A DNA stretch of 62,000 nucleotides, counting the filler. It is 22 parts of 22 records of this genome, joined end to end, with 100 filler letters (N's around TTAATTAATTAA, not from the genome) between each part and the next. Parts side by side here need not be neighbours in the genome. Positions count along the whole stretch, not along the records: positions 51,141 to 53,146 come from SRR16133337_79438; positions 53,247 to 56,458 come from SRR16133337_79555; positions 56,559 to 58,818 come from SRR16133337_79708; positions 58,919 to 62,000 come from SRR16133337_79743; 18 more parts are not named here. One strand, written 5' to 3'. Below are positions 51,701 to 61,229 of the stretch, piece after piece (position 1 is the stretch's first letter; each line of letters starts with the position of its first letter). The notes under the pieces were generated by a model. It saw nothing but the letters and a program-made list of their open reading frames with translations. It did no database searches and was not told the DNA's origin. A program made the position numbers and the translations under genes.

Positions 51701-52731
51701 ACAAAAAATTGAAGCATTACATTTTTGTTTGTCCAACATGCTGCTGCCTCACCATAACTGCTTCTCCCTCACCAAAACCGAAATAAACATACCGGTGTTA
51801 TATTCTCAAACAAACGTGCCAAATATTCCTCAAATTTCAAAATAAACGGTGTCTTCGATCCAGGGATATCTTCTTTCCAGTTAGTTATATCACCATTCAC
51901 AAAAAAACATCCAAGACGCTCATGTAAGACGTTTAAGTATTCCAGCACGTCACACGGCCGAAAAGGGATATAGCCCTTCTTCCCCAGGAATGCTGGTAAA
52001 CAGTTGAGAGGAAAATCCTGAAAAAAATCGCATTAGAGATTCAATATTAGAGAAAAACAAAAAACTCCCAAAGTAGGACACTACACAAGGAAATTAGATT
52101 CTCGGTTAAAAACTAATTGACAAACAACACTCCATCAACACATTTACAAAAACCTTTAAAAATAATTGCTTGTTTCAATACTTTTTGCCGTTTCGAAACA
52201 TTTTGTAGTTTTTCGTACGTTTTCATTTTTTTCTAGCAAACTCATCGGCGAATTAATATCAACAAAAAATTATCAAGCTTTTATTTACTTCAGAAAAATG
52301 ACATACGGAAAAAATAAAAGTTACGTTTCCAATATTTTCAAACTGGTAAAGTTTTCTCTCGCAACGATTACAAAAAACGCATCCAACGACAACAAACATG
52401 AAAGGTTCACTCACTTGGCAGAATAAACAAAGAAACATGTCGTTCGAATTGACGCTCCAAAGATTTACCAGTGGAAAGGAGAAAATGTTACACAGGAACC
52501 ACCTGCAAATATACCGAAAACTTGACTCCTGTTTTGTATTTTCATATTTTATACTTTACATTTCTTTTTTTCAATAAAAAATTCCGAAAATTGCTCACAG
52601 CGCTTACGGATAATTAGCACGTGATTTTAAGTCATTTTTGGAGGAAAAAAATTCAAAAGGGGTAAAATGTCAATTTATTTCCTCGGTCATATCACAAACA
52701 TTTCTAAAACATGCTTCTACAAGAATACATA

Positions 52732-53146
52732 CTTTCAACCATCCTTCCCAAGCTTCAGGTCCAAGGTAGGCTTTCCATTGCTCCTTTAGAGGACCAAGCA
52801 ATCCGTGTTCACACTCCCATTCAACCCCCTTTAGATCAGTCCACGTTGGCAGCTTACGACCACGAAAACTAGCTGGCAACGGAGGATCAGGTTGCTTAGC
52901 TTCTCCGCCAGTTCCCTTCAGGGGAGGCACATGTCCACCTTTGCCTACACCACTTCCCGGCTGTTCAAGTTCATCCATTTCAACTTCATTCAGTTCATTG
53001 GAGTCATCTTTCAGTTGATCAGCTTCTTCTTTACCCGGAGGAGCAGAGGGAGAAGAGTGTTCAGCTTTATCAGAAACAGGAGGGTCGTCAGGGGAGTCAG
53101 GAAGATCTTTAGAAGCAGGAGGGTCACGAGGATCTTCAGAAGAAGG
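52732..53146 (-). CDS. Eukaryotic exon, Pro/acidic low-complexity protein (partial; a further open exon at ~51793-52017)
   Basis: Open frame from the contig end (PSSEDPRDPP...EGWLK) to a gtatgt donor. Confidence 0.4.
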
Positions 53147-53246
53147 NNNNNNNNNNNNNNNNNNNNNNNNNNNNNNNNNNNNNNNNNNNNTTAATTAATT
53201 AANNNNNNNNNNNNNNNNNNNNNNNNNNNNNNNNNNNNNNNNNNNN

Positions 53247-53340
53247 ATATTGGGGAAACATACCACAATATTGGGGGAACACACCACAATATTGGGTGAA
53301 CACACCACAATATTGGGTGAACACACAGGTTCACCCCTAC
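53247..53340. repeat. 21-bp in-frame tandem repeats ending in a GTAG-type REP hairpin (53315-53340)
   Basis: atattgggtgaacacaccaca-like x3, then gggtgaacacacaggttcacccctac, whose reverse complement is GTAG-GGGTGAAC-ctgtgt-GTTCACCC. Confidence 0.85.
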
Positions 53341-53546
53341 ATCGTGTGGTGCAATGGTTTAAAACAATGACGACCAACGAATATATTCGTCATGTTAAAT
53401 CAAACAATTGGAAACCATTTGATGGAAAATTATGGCAACGTAATTATTGGGAACATATTATTCGCAATGAAAAATCCTACCAAAATATTTCCAAATACAT
53501 TCTAAATAATCCTTTAAAATGGGATCTCGACAAATTAAATAAATGA
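53247..53546 (+). mobile_element. C-terminal part of a REP-associated tyrosine transposase (RAYT, Y1/HUH family)
   Basis: VVQWFKTMTT...KLWQRNYWEHIIRNE...YILNNP (catalytic Tyr region); 5' part cut by contig start. Confidence 0.8.
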
Positions 53547-55357
53547 ATAAAAATTGGCAACCATCAATAACGCATATTCAAAAAACCAACCTCTACAAAA
53601 TGATACAGAAATTGGGTTTGGATTCTTATGAAGCCTTTTGGAAATGGTCTGTTCAAAACAAATCCGATTTTTGGGAGGAAACTGTTGAAAGCTTAGGAAT
53701 TGTACAAGCTAAAAAATATACCTCTATTGTTGATGTTTCTGAAGGTGTTGAAAATGCAAAATGGTTGTATGGAGCACAAATGAATATCATAGATTCCTGT
53801 TTTCAGAATACAGATGATTCCATTGCCATCATTTTTCAAAAAGAAGAAGGAAATCTTCAAAAAATCATCCAAAAAGATTTAGAACTGTTGGTAAACAAAG
53901 CTGCCAATGGCTTGGTAGAACTTGGAATTAAAACAGGCACTACCATTGCCATTGATATGCCCATGACACTAGAAGCAGTTGTGATCTATTTGGCGGCCAT
54001 CAAAATAGGAATTGTAGTGGCAACCATAGCTGATAGTTTTACACCTGATGAAATTGCAGTCCGTTTACAAATCACAAAACCTAAATTGGTTTTTACCCAA
54101 GATGTTTTTCATAGGAATGGAAAAATACATCCTTTATATAAGAAAATTGTGAGTGCAGGAGCTTCAAAAATAGTGGTTGTTGAAACCATTAAAAATGAAA
54201 TTGAACTTAGAAAACAAGATCTGTTTTGGGATAATTTTTTAAGCGAGAACACAAGATGTACATCGGTAAAACAAAATCCCGAAGAAACCATTACCATTCT
54301 GTTTTCATCGGGAACTACAGGACAACCCAAAGCGATTCCATGGAATCATACCACACCCATAAAAGCAGCTTCAGATGGGTATTACCATCACAATATTCAA
54401 AAAAATGACATTGTCTGTTGGCCCACAAATTTAGGTTGGATGATGGGACCTTGGCTGGTATTTGCAACCTTGATCAACAAAGCGAGTATTGCCTTGTATT
54501 ATGGAGCACCATTTCAAACAGCATTTGGAAAGTTTGTAGAAGCGGCAAAAATAACCCTATTAGGAGTGGTACCAAGCCTTGTAAAACATTGGAAAAACAC
54601 CCAAAATATGGAAACTTCTAATTGGAATTCCATTCAATGTTTTAGTTCTACAGGAGAAGTTTCCAATCCAACAGAAATGAGCTATTTGATGCAACTGGCA
54701 AACAACAAACCTATTATTGAATATTGTGGAGGTACAGAAATAGGAGGAGGTTATATAACAAGTACGGTTATACAAACCAATATTCCAAGTCTGTTTTCTA
54801 CCCAAACTTTAGGAGGAGAATTTGTTTTGTTAGACGAAGAAGGAAAGGAAAGTACCCAAGGAGAAGTGTTTTTAATTCCACCTATTATGGGTTTGTCTAC
54901 AAAACTCTTAAATAAAAACCATTATGAAACCTATTACAAAGAAGTACCTTCTTATAAAAATCTGTTATTAAGGAGGCACGGAGATCAAATGATGACTTTA
55001 GAAAATGGCTATTTTAAAGCCAGAGGACGTGTGGATGATACCATGAATTTAGGAGGTGTAAAAGTAAGTGCCGTTCAGATAGAAAACGTGATTAACACAC
55101 TAGTATTCGTAAAAGAATCTGTAGCCATTGCTATTTCTCCAAAAGAAGGAGGTCCGAGTTTTTTAGTAATATTTTATGTGCCTTCTGAAAACATTCCTGA
55201 AAAAGAAGCGTTAAAAAAAGTGCAAAATGTTGTCAAAAAAAAATTAAATCCCCTTTTCAAAGTGGTAGATTTGTTAAAAATTGATACCTTGCCACGTACC
55301 GCTTCCAATAAGATAAAACGAAAAGAATTGAGAATAAATTATAATCCATCCAAATAA
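53543..55357 (+). CDS. AMP-forming acyl-CoA synthetase (acetate-CoA ligase-like)
   Basis: ILFSSGTTGQPK AMP-binding signature, WPTNLGWMMG, YCGGTE, GRVDDTMNLGG, LPRTASNK; ATGA overlap with RAYT. Confidence 0.9.
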   Translation: MNKNWQPSITHIQKTNLYKMIQKLGLDSYEAFWKWSVQNKSDFWEETVESLGIVQAKKYTSIVDVSEGVENAKWLYGAQMNIIDSCFQNTDDSIAIIFQKEEGNLQKIIQKDLELLVNKAANGLVELGIKTGTTIAIDMPMTLEAVVIYLAAIKIGIVVATIADSFTPDEIAVRLQITKPKLVFTQDVFHRNGKIHPLYKKIVSAGASKIVVVETIKNEIELRKQDLFWDNFLSENTRCTSVKQNPEETITILFSSGTTGQPKAIPWNHTTPIKAASDGYYHHNIQKNDIVCWPTNLGWMMGPWLVFATLINKASIALYYGAPFQTAFGKFVEAAKITLLGVVPSLVKHWKNTQNMETSNWNSIQCFSSTGEVSNPTEMSYLMQLANNKPIIEYCGGTEIGGGYITSTVIQTNIPSLFSTQTLGGEFVLLDEEGKESTQGEVFLIPPIMGLSTKLLNKNHYETYYKEVPSYKNLLLRRHGDQMMTLENGYFKARGRVDDTMNLGGVKVSAVQIENVINTLVFVKESVAIAISPKEGGPSFLVIFYVPSENIPEKEALKKVQNVVKKKLNPLFKVVDLLKIDTLPRTASNKIKRKELRINYNPSK

Positions 55358-55396
55358 ATTTTTAAAGAATTTAGCCCATTTTATTTTTGTTTTTAA

Positions 55397-55432
55397 CCCT
55401 TCAACAGAGCCTGCCCTGAGTTTGTCGAAGGG
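55397..55432. repeat. REP-like hairpin of the CCCTTCGACA...TGTCGAAGGG type
   Basis: cccttcaaca-gagcctgccctgagtt-tgtcgaaggg; single copy in the window. Confidence 0.5.
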
Positions 55433-55545
55433 CTAAGGTAAAGTTTAAAGCATTGCTAATCGTTTTAAATGAAAACGTAGTAGCCGTTTTAGTTGTGAGA
55501 AGTGAGAAAGCATTCGTCAATAGCCCATAATTAATAGTCGAAAAC

Positions 55546-55578
55546 AAAAAAAAGACTCTTTTTTAGAAGGTCTTTTTT
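55546..55578. terminator. Possible bidirectional intrinsic terminator
   Basis: A-run, gac...gtc stem, T-run; between the acyl-CoA ligase and xth. Confidence 0.4.
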
Positions 55579-55595
55579 AAGTAAAAAATCCTACA

Positions 55596-56360
55596 ATGAA
55601 AATAATATCCTACAATGTAAACGGCATTCGAGCAGCTTTAAAAAAAGGTTTTATAGAATGGTTGACAGTTGCAAATCCTGATGTAATTTGTTTGCAAGAA
55701 ACCAAAGCTCAAAAAGAACAATTGGAGGTAGCTTTATTTGAAGCAGCAGGTTACCACTATCACTATTGGTTTTCAGCACAAAAAAAAGGGTACAGCGGAG
55801 TGGCAATACTTTCAAAAATAAAACCCAACAATGTCGTCTATGGGACTGGAATAGAAACCATGGATTTTGAGGGAAGAAATTTACGATTGGACTTTGATAC
55901 TTTCTCCGTAATGAGCTTGTATTTACCCTCTGGAACCAATGCCGAACGTTTGAATTTTAAATTACAGTACATGGCAGAATTTCAAGATTATATAAATAAC
56001 TTAAAAATAAAGATACCTAATTTGCTTATAAGTGGAGATTATAATGTGTGTCATAAAAAAATTGATATTCACAATCCAGAGCAAAACAAAAATACATCTG
56101 GTTTTCTACCTGTTGAAAGAGAATGGATAGGACGGTTTATTGAAAATGGTTTTATAGATAGTTTTCGATTTTTCAACAAAGAAGCCCATCAATATAGTTG
56201 GTGGAGTTACAGAGCCAATGCTAGAAATAACAATAAAGGCTGGCGCATTGACTACCATTTAATTACAGAATGCTTACGGGAAAGGCTAAAAAGAGCCTAT
56301 ATATTACCAGAAGCAAAACATTCCGACCATTGTCCAATAGTGGTTGAACTGGAATCCTAA
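55596..56360 (+). CDS. xth: Exodeoxyribonuclease III
   Basis: SYNVNGIRA, CLQETK, GYSGVA, EGR, GDYN, YSWWSYR, GWRIDY, SDHCP. Confidence 0.95.
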   Translation: MKIISYNVNGIRAALKKGFIEWLTVANPDVICLQETKAQKEQLEVALFEAAGYHYHYWFSAQKKGYSGVAILSKIKPNNVVYGTGIETMDFEGRNLRLDFDTFSVMSLYLPSGTNAERLNFKLQYMAEFQDYINNLKIKIPNLLISGDYNVCHKKIDIHNPEQNKNTSGFLPVEREWIGRFIENGFIDSFRFFNKEAHQYSWWSYRANARNNNKGWRIDYHLITECLRERLKRAYILPEAKHSDHCPIVVELES

Positions 56361-56377
56361 AAGACAAATAAAATAAC

Positions 56378-56415
56378 TATACTCCGCCCGGTTAGAAACC
56401 CGAAAAATAGGGTTC
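56378..56415. repeat. TATACTCC element (left arm, loop and truncated right arm) 17 nt after xth
   Basis: tatactccgcccggttagaaacccgaaaaatagggttc. Confidence 0.8.
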
Positions 56416-57289
56416 AATAATATAAAAATGAGACCGTTGCAAGGATTTGCCTAATTTCNNNNNNNNNNNNNNNNNNNNNNNNNNNNNNNNNNNNNNNNNN
56501 NNTTAATTAATTAANNNNNNNNNNNNNNNNNNNNNNNNNNNNNNNNNNNNNNNNNNNNATCCGTTTTAAATGTCAAAGTTGAAATATTTATTGATCATTT
56601 TTACAAACTTCGTGCTTCAAACATTAACGACGAAAAGTTTTCGCTGAAAACTAACTTAAAATAAAGAGATAAAATGTAATTTACCATCCACCATTCAAAA
56701 AAAAGAAAAGGAAATGAAAAGGGGTAAAATTATCCCCACGCTGATGTTGGTCAAACCAAACATTGAAGGGAAGGAAAACATGTTTACTGTAGATTTACTC
56801 ATAGAAATCATATTAAAAGTATAACTTTCATTTTTTGAACCATCTATACACTGAACAAAACCCCGCCACACGGTTTTGATGATAAAAAATCACGTTTTAA
56901 GTGGTTCACTGATTCTCAAAAAGTGAATATTACAAAAATTGACAAAATTGACGTAAACAAAAACTGTTTTTCATTTTTGCCCAGTAATTTTCGTAAATCA
57001 TCAATTTCTAAAGAAACAGCATGTGAGACGCTATTATTTTCGGTCAGTGAGGCCCAACTTTTAGAGAAACAAAAGTGTTGTTGTCCAATTCAAATTAACA
57101 TATCTGAAAAACATGATGTAAAATATGATACAACCTGGCCGACGTTTTAGGCCATAAAGTGTAGTTAAATGATTTACGAAAAGATAATGGGTACACACAT
57201 TTTAAATTTTAAAAAAGAAACCTTTTCCTAAAAAAAGAAACACCATCCTTCCGGGAATAAATGATGACAGTTGAAAAAAAACTACGTAC

Positions 57290-58562
57290 AGATCCGAGGT
57301 TCCCAAATATATCGTCTTGTGCGGCACGATTTCGATATGAAAGAGAAGAAGAACTATTTGAAGATTGAGTGTTTGTGCCCGAACCAAAAGTGAATTTCAT
57401 TGAATCCACTAAAAAAGCACAAAACCAATGGAAACATGATTAAACACGATAATTCGTCTTCTTCGAAGTACGCACAACAAAATGATACACAGCACTTCGA
57501 ATTTACAGACTTTATAAACGTTCAAATTCGATAAAAACAGGTATAAAGAAAATTTTTGCGATTTAGCCATTGGCAGTAGGTGATTTAAGGTCACATATTT
57601 TCAAGATTGTACCTGCAGTTTCTAGAAATATGATTATAATTCAATCTAATTCAGTGCAACCCGCAATTGCTTCCTAAAAGGTGGAAATTCCTTCCACCCA
57701 AAACCCACCTCCCAATTTCACAATGTGATACAAGATTGGCACTACGTTTTTTAACTAACATAAAATATGTAAGTATGAAACGTGCTGGACGCGAGGCATA
57801 AAAATTCAGTATGAATCGCACATTCCCACTCCTTCCTCAAAGCACAACGAGTTTTTTTCCCACGCGTGGGATTGAGGTGCCTACACTGAAATAACTTGAA
57901 TTCGACATAACTTAATATCCAGTTGTACAGAAAAATAAAGTTTCAATTTTACAAACAAAAGACGTATATTGGCATTGTACACACAAAATGTTCGTTTTAG
58001 CGTACCTTTCTTTTGTGGAACACAACTTCTGCCACGGTAGTAATAACTTATTTGAGGAAGTGTCATACACCAACTGTCACCAGTTCTGTCTTGATTAAGT
58101 GAATTGCCTAAAAAATGTAAGAAACAATAAAATACACATATATTTATTCATCACAGAAATATTCTAATGCTTCGTTGTGTATTTTTCAATACTCGTGTAG
58201 AAATTCCCAAAGTTCGTACTCAATTTTGTGATTCTGCCACAAAAACCTCTAATTTAAATAATATATTTCCGATCATCAAGTGGGAACAAATACATCTAGC
58301 ACGTGTTCCGATCTTTTTTCAAAAATATGAAACAAAAAATCTGTAAAAAACTTCAATATTTGTGGCACACTTAATACAAATTCAAATTCAAGAGTTCTAT
58401 GGAAATTACCTTGATAATATACATATTCACGAGTTATCCATCCAATGGAGAATTGTGATGGTGAAGTATTAAGTGTTGCTTCCCAGTACCATTTCCCTCC
58501 TTTTCGTAGACATACATCACCGACAACCATTTCATGACGTCTATTACCGCCCCAATAATTGC
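57290..58562 (-). CDS. Partial spliced SPRY-domain protein (exons 58410-58562, 58006-58107, 57290-57408)
   Basis: GGKWYWEATL...FSIGWI; canonical AG/GT junctions keep the frame; downstream exon is Ser-rich with FTFG. Confidence 0.7.
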
Positions 58563-58939
58563 CTAATAAATCAAAGGCATATGTGCATTTTTTGTGGAGG
58601 TTGGGAGGGCGTGGATTAGGGAGTGGATTGGGGGAATTTTACATGTCTGAAGACTGATCAAGTTTTTCATATTTTTTCACATCTTTAAAAAGGCAAAAGA
58701 CAATTACGAACTAGCACCCCCAGAAACATTTCCGTATTATAATAGAAGAACATAGAAAAGTAGATGCCTAAACACACATGATCGCATAATAAAAATCTTG
58801 TTATCAATACTTAACTCCNNNNNNNNNNNNNNNNNNNNNNNNNNNNNNNNNNNNNNNNNNNNTTAATTAATTAANNNNNNNNNNNNNNNNNNNNNNNNNN
58901 NNNNNNNNNNNNNNNNNNAATAATACCTCGGGAGTGGGG

Positions 58940-58959
58940 TTTATACAATAGTTAGGCAC
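58940..58959 (+). other. Integron-like core site (tttatacaata-GTTAGGC-AC) at the cassette 5' boundary
   Basis: GTTRRRY match 27 nt before the ATG; complementary to GTGCCTAAC-aatgtataaa after the stop. Confidence 0.6.
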
Positions 58960-58977
58960 AAGGCGAAAATAAACCAT

Positions 58978-59886
58978 ATGAATAAAGAAGTTAAATACGA
59001 AAATAGACTTGTTGCCTTTATAGATATTTTAGGTTTTTCAGAAATTGTTAAGCAATCAAAAGATAATAATGATAAAATAAATTTGATTTATTCTGTCCTT
59101 AATTATTTGAAAGATTGGGAAACTTCAGAAAATTGGGATTTAAAGTTAATCGAAATAGAAGAAGATGCTCAAAAAAAAGGAGTTGATAATTTTGATATAA
59201 CTGGAAAGACTAATAGTACTTCATTTTCTGATAGTATTGTTGTTTCCGTAAAAGTTGAAAATAACGTGAATGAAATGACATCTACGTTAATTGCTAATCT
59301 AGCTTATATTGGTGCAATTTTAATCGAACAAGGAATTTTATTTAGAGGCGGTTTAACTATTGGTGATATAATTCATAACGAATTTGGAACGGTTTTCGGA
59401 CAAGGATTAATAGAGGCTTATTTACTTGAAAGTAAATCTGCAAAATATCCTAGAATAATATTATCCGATAAATTAATTAAACAGTTAAATTACCCTCTTG
59501 AGACTAAAGGGAATAGATATCCTTACCATCAATATATAAATAGGTTTGATGATGGCTGTGTTGGAATACATCAAATGAACTACTATCAAGTTGTTCAAAA
59601 CTCTACCGAAATAACTCAAGAAAAACTTACGGAGAGTCTCGATAAGATTAGAAAAGTTATAATTGCTGGACTGGACTTAAGTTTTGAAAAAACTCAAGTG
59701 TATGAAAAATATAAATGGTTAGCGAATCAATACGAAAAGTTAATCATATCAGATGACATAGATTTTAAGACGAAGGAAAAAACAAAATTAAAATTTGAAT
59801 TACACAACATAAAAGGAGCTTACTCGGAACATAATATCCATTTTTCATATATAGATAAATTACACCAAGGATGGAGAGAAAAATAA
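58978..59886 (+). CDS. Stand-alone class III nucleotidyl-cyclase-fold hypothetical protein (cassette gene)
   Basis: AFIDILGFS, FSDSIVV (two putative metal-binding Asp), FRGGLTIGD, VFGQGLIEAYLLE, YPRIILS. Confidence 0.65.
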   Translation: MNKEVKYENRLVAFIDILGFSEIVKQSKDNNDKINLIYSVLNYLKDWETSENWDLKLIEIEEDAQKKGVDNFDITGKTNSTSFSDSIVVSVKVENNVNEMTSTLIANLAYIGAILIEQGILFRGGLTIGDIIHNEFGTVFGQGLIEAYLLESKSAKYPRIILSDKLIKQLNYPLETKGNRYPYHQYINRFDDGCVGIHQMNYYQVVQNSTEITQEKLTESLDKIRKVIIAGLDLSFEKTQVYEKYKWLANQYEKLIISDDIDFKTKEKTKLKFELHNIKGAYSEHNIHFSYIDKLHQGWREK

Positions 59887-59891
59887 ACCCA

Positions 59892-60083
59892 GTGCCTAAC
59901 AATGTATAAAAAACATAGGGCTTTTGTGCTAACTCTAAAGTTCTGTGTTTATTTACAAAGTCCGCTAAATATAAAATTTGGTATTTAAGACAAAAATAAA
60001 AGCAAAATATTTATATTTAGCTAAGTAATAAACCGAAATGTAATGCTTATCCTCTGCCCTACGATCCTTATACTAACCGTAGG
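59892..60083 (+). repeat. Long attC-like imperfect hairpin
   Basis: RYYYAAC (gcctaac) then gtataa...tagggc pairing with gcccta...ttatac; inner perfect 12-bp stem gctaaatataaa (59964-59975) / tttatatttagc (60010-60021). Confidence 0.65.
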
Positions 60084-60134
60084 GTTGTCATAAAAAGAAA
60101 TTAAAGAATCGTATTTTATACTTTCGTAAAAGAC

Positions 60135-61229
60135 ATGAAACCAATAGAAATAGAAAATCAATTCTTAAAAAACCATGCCTTTATTGATTTATTTGCAGGT
60201 ATTGGTGGATTTCATTATGCTTTAAATTCATTTGGTGCCACCTGTGTTTTTGCTTCTGAAATTGACAATAAGGCGTCGGAGATATATCATAGGAATCATG
60301 GGTTAAAACCTAAAGGAGATCTTACACAAATAAACGAAAAAGAGATTCCATCACATGATATACTTTGTGGCGGATTTCCTTGTCAAGCATTTTCTATTGC
60401 GGGAAAACAAAAAGGATTTGAGGATACAAGAGGTACCTTGTTCTTTGAAATTGCTCGAATTGTAAAACATCATAAACCTAAAATTTTATTTCTAGAGAAT
60501 GTAAAAAATTTTGTGCAGCATGATAAGGGAAAAACCCTAAATACGGTTTTAAAAACTTTAGAACAACTCCATTATAAAGTTTTTTACAAAGTGCTGAATA
60601 CAAGTAATTTTGGATTGCCTCAAAACAGAGAAAGAGTGTATATTGTGGCATTTCATACAAAGGATTTCAAACAAATAAATTTCAAATTCCCAACTATAAA
60701 ATTATCCGCATCATTAGAAGATATTTTAGAATCAAATCCTATAAATGGTAAAATAGTTGAAAGAGAGGATATTGAATTTTATAAAAAATTTAAGGCTCAA
60801 AAAAACCTATTTGGAGAAGATGAAATACCTAATAAGCCCATTCAAATTGGTAAAGTAAATAAAGGGGGGCAAGGAGAAAGAATCTACCATCCAAAAGGGC
60901 ATGCAATTACGTTATCTGCTCATGGAGGAGGTATTGGCTCAAAGACAGGATTGTATAAGATTGGAAGGACTGTTAGAAAACTTTCTCCTAGAGAATGTGC
61001 CAGATTACAAGGGTTTCCAGAAAATTTTAGATTTCCGCAAAGTATTTCAGAAGCTCACAAACAATTGGGGAATAGCGTATCCATAAATACCTTACAATAT
61101 ATCATACACGAAATCATTAAAACGATAAAAAGTAATGAACAAATATCAAGAATTGGGTTCTCAAACAGCGAAAAACGGGTTCAAGAACGAAAAGGATATA
61201 GTCAAGAAATTCAACGATTGGCAAAATGA
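60135..61229 (+). CDS. C5-cytosine DNA methyltransferase, M.HhaI-like (predicted GCGC)
   Basis: FIDLFAGIGG, GFPCQAFS, ENV, QNRERVY; TRD KGGQGERIY...AITLSAHGGG closely resembles M.HhaI. Confidence 0.92.
   Translation: MKPIEIENQFLKNHAFIDLFAGIGGFHYALNSFGATCVFASEIDNKASEIYHRNHGLKPKGDLTQINEKEIPSHDILCGGFPCQAFSIAGKQKGFEDTRGTLFFEIARIVKHHKPKILFLENVKNFVQHDKGKTLNTVLKTLEQLHYKVFYKVLNTSNFGLPQNRERVYIVAFHTKDFKQINFKFPTIKLSASLEDILESNPINGKIVEREDIEFYKKFKAQKNLFGEDEIPNKPIQIGKVNKGGQGERIYHPKGHAITLSAHGGGIGSKTGLYKIGRTVRKLSPRECARLQGFPENFRFPQSISEAHKQLGNSVSINTLQYIIHEIIKTIKSNEQISRIGFSNSEKRVQERKGYSQEIQRLAK

Noticed and set aside
13348-52426. Most 60-140-aa ORFs on the eukaryotic contigs
   Set aside because: F/K/C-rich chance ORFs in intronic or intergenic DNA, or single exons read into introns; no recognisable domains
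53247-53340. 21-bp repeats as a possible CRISPR array
   Set aside because: Direct tandem units with no unique spacers, in frame within the RAYT gene, no cas genes
3410-58918. Recurring N44-TTAATTAATTAA-N44 blocks
   Set aside because: Artificial contig-joining spacers; adjacency across them and ORFs running into X residues have no biological meaning
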